From NCBI GenBank assembly GCA_963779415.1, contig CAVZYA010000001.1:832001-896000 (forward strand): a stretch of DNA of 64,000 bases, written 5' to 3'. This document shows, in pieces, positions 20,246-29,083 of this stretch. Below the pieces are notes generated by a model that saw only the letters and a list, made by a program, of their open reading frames with translations, was not told the origin of the DNA and did no database searches. Origin of the DNA: an uncultured Acidobacteriota bacterium. Lineage in GTDB: Bacteria > Acidobacteriota > Thermoanaerobaculia > UBA5066. Numbering within the stretch: the first letter of the stretch is position 1; the number at the start of each line of letters is the position of its first letter. Both the position numbers and the translations under genes were made by a program.

Positions 20246-21456
20246 GACGCCGCCTCCGAGAGCTCCCCGTGCCCGGAATCCCGCCGCCGCTCCCGGCGCG
20301 TCAACGGCACCGCGGCAGAAGCCCTCGTGATGCCCTCCGGGCCCGGCGGCTTGACGCGGAAGTCGTAATGGAAGTTCGCCGTCCGGGCGATCTCGAAGAG
20401 TTTTTCGAAGTCGAGGAGCCCCGTGCCGCCACGCCGCGCCTCCGCGACCTCGAGGACGACGTCGAGGGTGCTCCTCTGCGGCGCAAAGCCGAGGACTCGC
20501 CGCGCCTTCCGGTTGTCGGCAACGCAGAGATACCGGAGATAGTGCGCGTGGATTCCCGGCATCAGCCCGACGCCCATCTCCCACACCGTCTCGTAGAGGG
20601 CATACGCGAGAGCGTGGGGAACGGGGAGGGAGAGCGACCCGAAGAGGAGGCGGGCCGTCGAGATCGGCAGGACCCCTTCCGGCGCGATGTTGAAGGCCCC
20701 CGTCGCCTCCGGGCGGTCGAGGGAAAGGAGGATCGCCTGCACGGCGTCGTCCGTGTGGAGGGCCTGGAAGAGCGGGTCGTACCCCATCAGGCTCACCGAA
20801 ACGGGCGCGGCCAGGGTCTTCGCCCGGTAGTCGCGCACGTCGGCCGACATGAACGGCGCGAAACGGAGGATCGTCACTTTCGCTTCCGGATGGCGCCGGG
20901 CGTGCGAGCGCGCGTGCCCTTCGGCCTCGACGAAATCGCGGACGAAGCGGTCGGCCGGATCGGGCCTCAGGGGATGCTCTTCGGTCAAATGGTTCGGGTT
21001 GTCGCCCCGCGCCCCGTAGACGAGCGTCGTGGAGCCGAGAATGATGCGGTTCACCTTCGTCTCGCCGGCCGCGGCGAGAACGTGAAGTGATCCGATGGCG
21101 TTCAGCTCGTGGACGTAGGTTTCATGCCGGGACGGGCTCCGGATCTGCGCGAGGTGGACGATCGCGTCCGGACGCTCCTCGAGGAGCATCTTGTAGACCG
21201 TCCCGTCGGCGTGCGGGAGGTTCAGGTCGAGGAAGCGGTGGCGAACGTCGGGAGGGGCATCGGGCGGCGGGACGAGGTCGAGGACGACGATCTCGTGTGT
21301 CTCCCGGGCCGCCAGGGCGCGGACGAGCCGGGCGCCGAGCGGCCCCGCGCCTCCCGTGACGACGAGCCTCGGTCGCCGCGGTCCCGGCGTGAACTCCACG
21401 ACGCGCCCCGCGGGGCGGCGCCGCCTGCGCCCCTTCTCCGATGCGGTCTCGGGCAT
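20242..21456 (-). CDS. NAD-dependent epimerase/dehydratase-family (extended SDR) protein
   Basis: VVTGGAGPLG, IVHLA, STTLVYGA, GYDPLFQALH. Confidence 0.8.
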   Translation of the reverse strand: MPETASEKGRRRRRPAGRVVEFTPGPRRPRLVVTGGAGPLGARLVRALAARETHEIVVLDLVPPPDAPPDVRHRFLDLNLPHADGTVYKMLLEERPDAIVHLAQIRSPSRHETYVHELNAIGSLHVLAAAGETKVNRIILGSTTLVYGARGDNPNHLTEEHPLRPDPADRFVRDFVEAEGHARSHARRHPEAKVTILRFAPFMSADVRDYRAKTLAAPVSVSLMGYDPLFQALHTDDAVQAILLSLDRPEATGAFNIAPEGVLPISTARLLFGSLSLPVPHALAYALYETVWEMGVGLMPGIHAHYLRYLCVADNRKARRVLGFAPQRSTLDVVLEVAEARRGGTGLLDFEKLFEIARTANFHYDFRVKPPGPEGITRASAAVPLTRRERRRDSGHGELSEAAS

Positions 21457-21460
21457 GAAG

Positions 21461-21742
21461 CTACTTCTTCTTGCTCCGCCGGGCCGGGGCCGCCTTCGCC
21501 TTGAGATCGGCGATCTCGGCCTCGAGGAGGGCGAGACGGTGTTCGAGGCGGCCCACTTCCTTCCGCGTCGCGAGGTTCATCGTCTTGAGCACCTCCGCGA
21601 CCCGGCCGTCCACCTCTTCCTTGACGGCGACGCCTTTTTTCAGGACCTCGATGAAGGCCGGGTTCGCCATGAGGCGGTTCGAGATCTCGGTCAGAAACTC
21701 CTCGCCACGGGACTTGAGCTGGGAGAACAGCGCTTCGACCAT
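21461..21742 (-). CDS. Small phasin-like coiled-coil protein
   Basis: LKTMNLATRKEVGRLEHRLALLE resembles the phasin C-terminal motif; GGAGG RBS. Confidence 0.6.
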   Translation of the reverse strand: MVEALFSQLKSRGEEFLTEISNRLMANPAFIEVLKKGVAVKEEVDGRVAEVLKTMNLATRKEVGRLEHRLALLEAEIADLKAKAAPARRSKKK

Positions 21743-21780
21743 TTTTCGCCTCCCTGCGGACGGCTGCTAGAGTGGGGATT

Positions 21781-22221
21781 ATGGCTCCTTTCACGAGCCC
21801 TGCGGAATTCCGCCGGATCTTCGACGAACTCTTCACTCTCCTCTCGCGGGACCGGGAGACGGGCCCCCGTCTCCGGGCCCGGCACTGCCCCCAGCGGTAT
21901 CTCTTCCCCGACGTCGGCGAGGTCCTGAACGTCCGGGACGCCGACGAGAAGAGAGCGAAGAAGGGGGACCATCTCGTCTGGGTCTGGGGGGACGCGAAAC
22001 GGACCTGGGAGCCGAAAGTGACGCTGGAGATGACTTCGGAGATCGCGAACCGCTACTTCCAGGGAAGGGAAAACGTCCCGCTCGCGGCGGCAAGGGGACG
22101 GATCCGGATCGTCGACGGAGACCTGCGGGACGTGCTCGACCTCCTCCCGATCGTCCTCCCCTTCCACCCGAAGTGGGTTCGCCACCTCCGTTCCGCCGGG
22201 CATTTCCACCTCATCGTCTGA
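21781..22221 (+). CDS. SCP2 sterol/lipid carrier domain protein
   Basis: PKVTLEMTSEIANRYFQGRENVPLAAARGRIRIVDG is an SCP2-fold pattern. Confidence 0.72.
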   Translation: MAPFTSPAEFRRIFDELFTLLSRDRETGPRLRARHCPQRYLFPDVGEVLNVRDADEKRAKKGDHLVWVWGDAKRTWEPKVTLEMTSEIANRYFQGRENVPLAAARGRIRIVDGDLRDVLDLLPIVLPFHPKWVRHLRSAGHFHLIV

Positions 22222-22223
22222 AC

Positions 22224-24203
22224 GTGAGCGACGACGGGGTCCTTCCGGGCGGGCTCTTCGACCGGAGGCTCCTCGTGGTGTCGGGAAAGGGGGGCGTCGG
22301 CAAGACGACGGTCGCGTCGGCTCTCGCCGCCCTCCCGGCCCGGAAGGGGCGGCGCGTCCTCCTCGTCTCTGAAGGCGGCCGCGGAGACGCGGCCCCGCTC
22401 TTCGGCAAGGCCGATCGGGGCTATGTCGAAGCCGAGCTCGCCTCTTCGCTCCACGGCCTGACGGCGGACTTCGACTCGCTCCTTTCGGATTTCGTCCGGA
22501 CGGTCGCGCCGCTGGCCGTCGTCGCGGACCGGATCCTCGCCTCCTCGACCTTCCGCTACTTCACGCGTGCCACGCCGGGTCTGGCCGACCTCCTCCTCCT
22601 CGGCAAGATCCGCGAGCTCCTCAAGCGGACGAAAGGCTCGCGGAAAGCCCCCGCATACGACCTCATCGTCCTCGACGCGCCGGCCACGGGCCACGCCCTC
22701 TCGCTCGTGAAGATCCCGCGGGCGATCCTCGCGACGACGCCGGCCGGCCCGCTCCGCCGGATCGCCGCGGACCTCGACCGGCTCCTCGCGGACCCGGAAG
22801 CCTCGGCGCTCGTCGTCGTGGCCGAGCCGGCCGAGTTCGCCGCCCGCGAAGCCGAGGAGCTTTCGGCCGCGGCGCAGGCGGAGTCGGGCCTCGTGACCGC
22901 CCTCGTCGTCGTGAACCGGATCGGCCGGAGCGGGCGGCCCGAGACGCTGCCCGACACCTCGGCGCCCGTTCTCCGGATGCCCGAGATCGCCTGGGACGCG
23001 GAGGACGACACGGCGCGGCCGACGCGTCACGCAAAGCTCGAAGAGCACGATTCTTCTAAAGGAAATGAGGGACCGAAAACCGCCTCCGCCGCGGCGTTCT
23101 TCGAGGAGTTTCTCTTCACCTTCGAAGAAAACGCAGCCGCGCCGAAGCGAAAGGTCCGGGGCGCGGCGCCGGCCCATCGACCCGAACGGGAAGCAGCAAA
23201 ATCCTTCTCCCGGATTTCTACCGATCATTTTCCGCGTCCGCTCGATCTCGCCCCGTGGCTCGACGAGGCTCCGCTCATCGTCCTCGCGGGGCCCGGCGGC
23301 GTCGGCAAGACGACGCTCTCGGCCGCCGTCGGGATCGCCGCGGCGCGCCGCGGGCGCCGCGTCCTCGTCCTGACCGTCGACCCGGCCCGCCGGCTCGCGC
23401 AGGCTCTCGGACTCCCGGAGACGAAGACGCCGCCGGCGCGGCCGACCCCGGTACCCCTCGCCGGGCTGCCGAGAGGGGCCTCACTCGAGGCGCTCCAGAT
23501 CGACCCGAAGGCCACCTTCGAGCGGCTCCTCGCGCGCGTCGCCTCCCCCTCCGCGCTCGAGAGGATCCACCGGAACCGGCTCTACGCCGGCCTCGTCGAC
23601 TCCCTTCCCGGCGTCCTCGAGTACATGGGGGTCGAGGCGCTGCACGAGCACGTCTCCGACGAGGGGATCGACCTGCTCGTTCTCGACACGCCTCCCGCGG
23701 CCCGCGGCCTCGACTTCCTCGCCGCGCCCGGCCGGATGGTGGAGCTGCTCGAGAACGACGCTCTCCGCTGGTTCCTCCGGAGCGACTCGCTCCTCTCGCG
23801 CGCGCTCTCCGGCGCCTCGCGCGGGGCCGCCGCCGTCCTGAAGCTGGCCGACAACGTCCTCGGCTTCGGCTTCCTTTCGGACCTCGGCGATTTCTTCCGC
23901 GCCTTCGACGGTCTCTACGACGGTTTCCGGGAGCGGAGCCGCGTGATCTCCGCGATGCTCCTCTCCGGCCGGTATCTCGTCGTCTCGTCCCCCGACTCCT
24001 CGCCCCTCGCCGGCGCGGGGGGGACGGCGGAGGCTCTCCTTTCGCGCGGCGTCACGCCCGCGCTCCTCCTCAACCGCGTCCGGCAGGGACGGGCGCTCCC
24101 GGAGCTGCCGCGCCCGCTGGACGGGCTGCGCGTCCGCGCGCTCGCCGAGAGCGACCTCCCCGCCGCGGCCCTTCCCGAGGCGCTCGCCGCGCTCCTCGCC
24201 TGA
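22224..24203 (+). CDS. Fused tandem ArsA/Get3-like ATPase (Rv3679/Rv3680-like halves)
   Basis: Domain 1 SGKGGVGKTT...DAPATGH; domain 2 GPGGVGKTT...TVDPARRLAQALG...DTPP. Confidence 0.85.
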   Translation: MSDDGVLPGGLFDRRLLVVSGKGGVGKTTVASALAALPARKGRRVLLVSEGGRGDAAPLFGKADRGYVEAELASSLHGLTADFDSLLSDFVRTVAPLAVVADRILASSTFRYFTRATPGLADLLLLGKIRELLKRTKGSRKAPAYDLIVLDAPATGHALSLVKIPRAILATTPAGPLRRIAADLDRLLADPEASALVVVAEPAEFAAREAEELSAAAQAESGLVTALVVVNRIGRSGRPETLPDTSAPVLRMPEIAWDAEDDTARPTRHAKLEEHDSSKGNEGPKTASAAAFFEEFLFTFEENAAAPKRKVRGAAPAHRPEREAAKSFSRISTDHFPRPLDLAPWLDEAPLIVLAGPGGVGKTTLSAAVGIAAARRGRRVLVLTVDPARRLAQALGLPETKTPPARPTPVPLAGLPRGASLEALQIDPKATFERLLARVASPSALERIHRNRLYAGLVDSLPGVLEYMGVEALHEHVSDEGIDLLVLDTPPAARGLDFLAAPGRMVELLENDALRWFLRSDSLLSRALSGASRGAAAVLKLADNVLGFGFLSDLGDFFRAFDGLYDGFRERSRVISAMLLSGRYLVVSSPDSSPLAGAGGTAEALLSRGVTPALLLNRVRQGRALPELPRPLDGLRVRALAESDLPAAALPEALAALLA

Positions 24204-25737
24204 TCAGGCGAGGGACGCGAGAAGGTCGGAGAGCCCTTCCTCAAGGACGTCTCGCGCCCCTTCGATCGCCGGCGCGGCCGTCCGGTCCGCGTCCCAGAAG
24301 GGGACCTTCGCGCGGAGGCGCCGGTGGGCCTCCTCGAGAACGGCCGAGGTCCGGAGCGGGCGCCGAAGGTCGATCGCCTGGGCCGCGGCGAGGTACTCGA
24401 TCGCGAGGACCGTCTCCAGCATCTCCACGTTCCGGGCGAGCTTCCGCGCCGCGATGGGACCCATCGAGACGTGGTCTTCCTTCCCGGCCGAGGTCGGAAT
24501 CGAGTCGACCGAGGCCGGAAAAGAGTTCGTCTTGCACTCCGAGACGAGGGCCGCCGCCGTCACGTGGATCATCATGAGCCCGGAGTTCAGTCCTCCCTCC
24601 GTCACGAGGAAGGCCGGGAGGTCCCCCGAGAGGGCGGGGTTCACGAGACGCTCCGTCCGCCGCTCCGAGATCGAAGCGAGGTCGGTCGCGGCCGCGGTGA
24701 GCAGGTCGAAGACCAGCGCCACCGGCGCCGCGTGGAAGTTCCCGCCCGAGATCACTTCGCCCTGCCCCGTCGACCCCCCCGGGAAGACCATCGGGTTGTC
24801 CGTGGCCGCGTTCATCTCGATCTCCACCACGCGCCGCGCATGGCAGACGGCGTCCCGGACGGCGCCGTGGACCTGCGGCACGCAGCGGAGCGCATAGGCG
24901 TCCTGCACGGCGTGGCAGTCGCGGTGACTCTCTCGGATCGTGGATCCCGCGAGGAGAAGCCGCAGGTTCGCGGCCGAGGCGGTCTGCCCGGGGTGCGGGC
25001 GTGCCGCCTGGATCCGCGCGTCGAACGCGGCGTCCGTCCCCTTGAGCGCGTCGACCGTCATCGCCGCGACGAGATCGGCCGAGGGAAGAAGCGCGAGGAG
25101 ACGCGCGAGGGCGAGCGCCCCGACGGCCGTCGTCAGCTGCGTGCCGTTGATCAGGGCCAGCCCCTCCTTCGCCTCCAGTACGGCGGGCGCAAGCCCGGCC
25201 TCGCGGAGCGCCTCCGCGGCCCCGTGCCGCTTCCCGCGGTAGACCACCTCGCCTTCGCCGACGAGCGCGAGGGCGAGGTGGGCGAGGGGCGCGAGATCGC
25301 CCGAGGCTCCGACCGAACCCTGCGACGGGATCACGGGGTGGACGTCCGCGTTCAGGAGGGCGACGAGCGCCTCGAGCGTGGCGCGCCGGACCCCCGAGTA
25401 CCCTTTAGCCAGGCAGTTCGCCCGGAGAAGCATCAGCGCGCGGACGGCCTCCTCGGGAATCGGCTCGCCGACGCCGGCCGCGTGACTCCGGACGAGGTTC
25501 CGCTGCAGCTCGGCGAGCTTCCCGTGCGGGATGACGACGTCGGCGAACTTCCCGAAGCCGGTCGTCACGCCGTAGACAACGCGGTCCTCCGCAATGGCGC
25601 GCTCGATGACGGCCCGGCGCCGCCTCGACGCGCGCGACGGCCTCCGGCGAGAGCGCGACGCGTTCGTGCCGCCGCGCGACGGCGACGAGGTCCTCGAGGG
25701 TCAGATGATCACCGGTGAGCAGAATGGTGCCGGTCAC
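24204..25737 (-). CDS. hutH: Histidine ammonia-lyase; one extra base near 25617
   Basis: YGVTTGFG, GASGDLAPL (MIO), KEGLALINGTQ, QDAYALRC, EDHVSMG; N-terminus MTGTILLTGDHLTLEDL in the shifted frame. Confidence 0.93.
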
Positions 25738-25767
25738 GCCCTCCGATTCTCGCAGACGCGCGTCCCC

Positions 25768-27213
25768 CTAGCCGGGCGGGCGGTAGCGCGGCACGAGTTC
25801 CTCGACGGATGCCGAGCGCGAGATCAGGTCCGTCCACGCCGTCGTTTCGAACCACTCCCGAAAGAGCCGACGGGCTCCATCGCCGCCGAGGAGCGCCGCC
25901 CGCGCGGCTAGGTCCGACGCGCGGCCTCCGCGCTCCCGGCTCTCGGCGATAAAGCCTCGGAGGATCGCGTCGAAGGTCTCGTCGCCGACCGTCTGGTGAA
26001 GGAGGTAGAAGAGAAGACCTCCGACCGTGTAGGAGTAGTCGGTCATGTCCTCCTTCCCGTAATCGCGCATCGGCACGCGTCCGAGCCGGGGGTCCGCGCC
26101 GAGCTTCCCCCGGAGGAACGCGGCCAGCCGGTCCGCGCGCTCCCGGACGCTCCCCCGTCCATCCAGCCGCTCCGCGAGGAGGTCCTCGAGAAACGTCGCG
26201 AGGCCCTCGTTCCACCGGCTGTCCGGACGGTCGAGCGACGGCGGGTTCCAGAGATGCGTCAGCTCGTGGTACAGCTCCCGCGTCCTCGCCGGATCCCGGA
26301 AAGCCGCGGCCGACTGGATGATCGCCGCCTCGCTCGCCTGCGAGCCCCATCCGTCCGGAATCTCGATGACGGCGAGCCCGCCGGCGCCGGGACGCGGGCC
26401 GAACCGGCGCTCGAGGTCTGCGAGCCCGGCCGTCCCCGCCTTGAGGAGCCGCTCGGCGCCGGGCGCGTCGCCGGGGAGGGAGTAGATCCGGAGCGGCGCC
26501 TTTTCGACGATCGTGTAACGCGCGATCGCGAAGTCCAGACGCCAGGCAGGCCGGACGCCACGGTAGACGGACGTCGTCCATCCATCCTTCGTCACGCGCT
26601 CGACGAGTTCCCCGCCCGAGGCGACGACGTGCGTGGACGGTACGGTGATCCGGGCGGCCCAGTCGAACGTAGGGAGTCCCGCCTCACGGCGGCCCCGGTT
26701 CGAGGCCGGGCCGACCGTCGGATAGGCCTCGCCGTCCTCTCTCACGATCGTGAACTCCTCCGAGATCCGGTCCTTGATGTAAAGGGAACCGGTCTCGACA
26801 TAGCCGGCGAGGAATCCCCCGTAAGCGATCTCCACCGCCGCCGTCTCGCCCGGTGCGAGGGGCTGCGGGAGCGCGACGACGGCGCGTGTGACCTGTTTGC
26901 GCGGCTCGTCCTCGAAGGCGATGACCTGCTGCGTGAACGGCAGCGGGGCGCCGCCGCAGTCCCGGACGCCCTGGACGGTCAGGAGGCGGTAGAGGAGAAA
27001 CGGGAGTTCCCGGGCCGGGGCGGTCCCATCGTTCCGGACCGTCAGCCGCGCCGTTCCGTCCAGGCGCTCTTCGGCCAGATCCACGCGAAGATCCAGCTCC
27101 GTGCGGAGAGTCCGGAACCGCTCGGCCGGCCCGGAGACCCCGGGCACCGCCGAAACAGCCGGCTCCGCAGCCAGGAGAATGGCCGCGACCGCGAGGAAAG
27201 CAATCGGCGACAT
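25768..27213 (-). CDS. Secreted M1-family (gluzincin) metallopeptidase-like protein
   Basis: Signal peptide MSPIAFLAVAAILLA; HELTHLW...NEGLA zinc motif. Confidence 0.78.
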   Translation of the reverse strand: MSPIAFLAVAAILLAAEPAVSAVPGVSGPAERFRTLRTELDLRVDLAEERLDGTARLTVRNDGTAPARELPFLLYRLLTVQGVRDCGGAPLPFTQQVIAFEDEPRKQVTRAVVALPQPLAPGETAAVEIAYGGFLAGYVETGSLYIKDRISEEFTIVREDGEAYPTVGPASNRGRREAGLPTFDWAARITVPSTHVVASGGELVERVTKDGWTTSVYRGVRPAWRLDFAIARYTIVEKAPLRIYSLPGDAPGAERLLKAGTAGLADLERRFGPRPGAGGLAVIEIPDGWGSQASEAAIIQSAAAFRDPARTRELYHELTHLWNPPSLDRPDSRWNEGLATFLEDLLAERLDGRGSVRERADRLAAFLRGKLGADPRLGRVPMRDYGKEDMTDYSYTVGGLLFYLLHQTVGDETFDAILRGFIAESRERGGRASDLAARAALLGGDGARRLFREWFETTAWTDLISRSASVEELVPRYRPPG

Positions 27214-27303
27214 GACCACCTCCGCCGGGACCAGGTCCCGACAGGATACGGTGCCTCCGGCGGCAAGGTTACGGCGCGCCACGGCCTCGGTTAACATCGT
27301 CTC

Positions 27304-28638
27304 GTGAGAGACGTCCGCGGTTCCGCCGTCGTCGTCGTGGGCGGCCAGTGGGGCGACGAGGGAAAAGGAAAGATCGTCGACCTGATCACCCCGTCGTTCG
27401 ATCTCGTGGCCCGATACCAGGGGGGACACAACGCCGGCCACACGGTCAAGTACGGCGACAAGCACTTCGCCCTCCGTCTCGTCCCGTCCGGCATCTGCCG
27501 CCCGGACGTCGTCAACATCATCGGGAACGGCCTCGTCATCGACCCGAGCGCCCTCCTCTCGGAGATCGACGGCCTGCGGACGAGCGGCATCTCGGTCGGC
27601 GAAAACCTGAAGCTCTCCGACAGGGCGCACGTCATTCTCCCCACGCACGCCCTCCTCGACGGCGCACGCGAAAAAGCGCTGGCCGGGGCCAACATCGGGA
27701 CGACCTCCCGCGGCATCGGACCGACGTACGAGACGAAGGCGAACCGGACGGGAATCCGGATCGCGGACCTCGTCGACCCCGTCCGGTTCCGGGCCATCGC
27801 GCGGCCGCTCCTCTCGTACCACACGTCGGTCCTGTCGCACTTTTTCGGCGTCGCCGCGCCCGACGTCGAGGAGACGCTGGACACTTACGTCGACTACGGC
27901 CGGCAGCTCACCCGCTACGTCACGAACACGAGCGCCTACCTCGACGAGCGCCTCCGCGACGGCGCGCGACTTCTCTGCGAGGGGGCGCAAGGGGCCATGC
28001 TGGACGTGGACCACGGGACCTACCCCTTCGTCACCTCCTCTTCCTGCAGCGCGGGGGGCGCCGCGGTCGGCCTCGGCATCGCGCCGAGGGTCCTCTCCGT
28101 CGTCGTCGGCGTCATGAAGGCCTACACGACCCGCGTCGGCTCCGGTCCCTTCCCGACGGAGCTCTTTGACGCCACGGGCGAACGGATCCGGGCCAAGGGG
28201 CACGAGTTCGGCACCGTCACCGGGCGGCCTCGGCGCGTCGGCTGGTTCGACGCCGTCGTCGCGAAGACGGCCGTCCGTCTGTCGGGGATCGAGGCCCTCG
28301 CGCTGACGAAGCTCGACGTCCTCGACGAGTTCCCGGAGATCCGGATCGCCATCGGCTACGAGATCGACGGGAAGACCGTCACGGAGATCCCGGCCCGCGC
28401 CGACCTCTACGAGCGGGCGCAGCCGGTCTACCGCAGCTACCCCGGGTGGGAGGCTCCCACCACCGGAATCTCTTCGTTCGACGCACTCCCGATGCGAGCC
28501 CGCGAGTACGTTCTCGCCCTCGAGGCGATCGTCGGGGCGAATGTGGCGCTCCTCTCGAACGGCGCGAAGCGGAACGAGACCATCCTCCGCCCCGGGACGC
28601 CGCTCGACCCCTGGATGAAACATGGTCTCAGCGCCTGA
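27304..28638 (+). CDS. purA: Adenylosuccinate synthetase
   Basis: GGQWGDEGKGK, GGHNAGHT, EGAQG..LDVDHGTYPFVTSS, GTVTGRPRRVGW. Confidence 0.98.
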   Translation: MRDVRGSAVVVVGGQWGDEGKGKIVDLITPSFDLVARYQGGHNAGHTVKYGDKHFALRLVPSGICRPDVVNIIGNGLVIDPSALLSEIDGLRTSGISVGENLKLSDRAHVILPTHALLDGAREKALAGANIGTTSRGIGPTYETKANRTGIRIADLVDPVRFRAIARPLLSYHTSVLSHFFGVAAPDVEETLDTYVDYGRQLTRYVTNTSAYLDERLRDGARLLCEGAQGAMLDVDHGTYPFVTSSSCSAGGAAVGLGIAPRVLSVVVGVMKAYTTRVGSGPFPTELFDATGERIRAKGHEFGTVTGRPRRVGWFDAVVAKTAVRLSGIEALALTKLDVLDEFPEIRIAIGYEIDGKTVTEIPARADLYERAQPVYRSYPGWEAPTTGISSFDALPMRAREYVLALEAIVGANVALLSNGAKRNETILRPGTPLDPWMKHGLSA

Positions 28639-28668
28639 TCCCTCCGGCGCTGATAGACTGGCGGGGGC

Positions 28669-28744
28669 GAGCCCTTAGCTCAGTCGGTAGAGCATCTGCC
28701 TTTTAAGCAGGGGGTCGTGGGTTCGAGTCCCACAGGGCTCACCA
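28669..28744 (+). tRNA. tRNA-Lys (TTT)
   Basis: Acceptor GAGCCCT/AGGGCTC, anticodon loop CTTTTAA, GTTCGAGT T-loop, encoded CCA; extended -10 TGaTAGACT upstream. Confidence 0.96.
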
Positions 28745-28784
28745 CTTCCTTTTCGCGCTACCATCCGCCGTCCGACGTCCGGTT

Positions 28785-28861
28785 GCCCCCATCGTCTAGC
28801 GGCCCAGGACGCCACCCTTTCAAGGTGGAGATCGCGGGTTCGAATCCCGCTGGGGGTACCA
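28785..28861 (+). tRNA. tRNA-Glu (TTC)
   Basis: Acceptor GCCCCCA/TGGGGGT, anticodon arm CCACC-CTTTCAA-GGTGG, GTTCGAAT T-loop, encoded CCA. Confidence 0.96.
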
Positions 28862-29083
28862 ACATTCCCGTCCGCGTCGCCCTCCCCTTCCGCCCGGCGG
28901 GCATAGAATTCCTCCCGTAACACCACAACGGGCCGCCGGAACGAGCGCCGCCGCGCCGGGGGGCACGACCCGCCCCTTCCTTCGACCCGGGGAGGCAGAC
29001 GGATTGAGCCTCTCCGAGGGGACGAAGCCGGATCTTCCCGGATCTCTCTTAGAGCTGTGCGCCTTCACGAGAGGAGTGCCGTC

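Noticed and set aside
22224-24203. Arsenical pump ATPase ArsA
   Set aside because: No Cys ligands, no ars operon context, and motifs match the Rv3679/80-like clade
25768-28623. 951-aa minus-strand ORF
   Set aside because: The N-terminal half is antisense to purA; the real peptidase starts at 27213
28669-28930. Prophage or integrative element attachment at the tRNAs
   Set aside because: No integrase and no duplicated tRNA 3' end seen in the window
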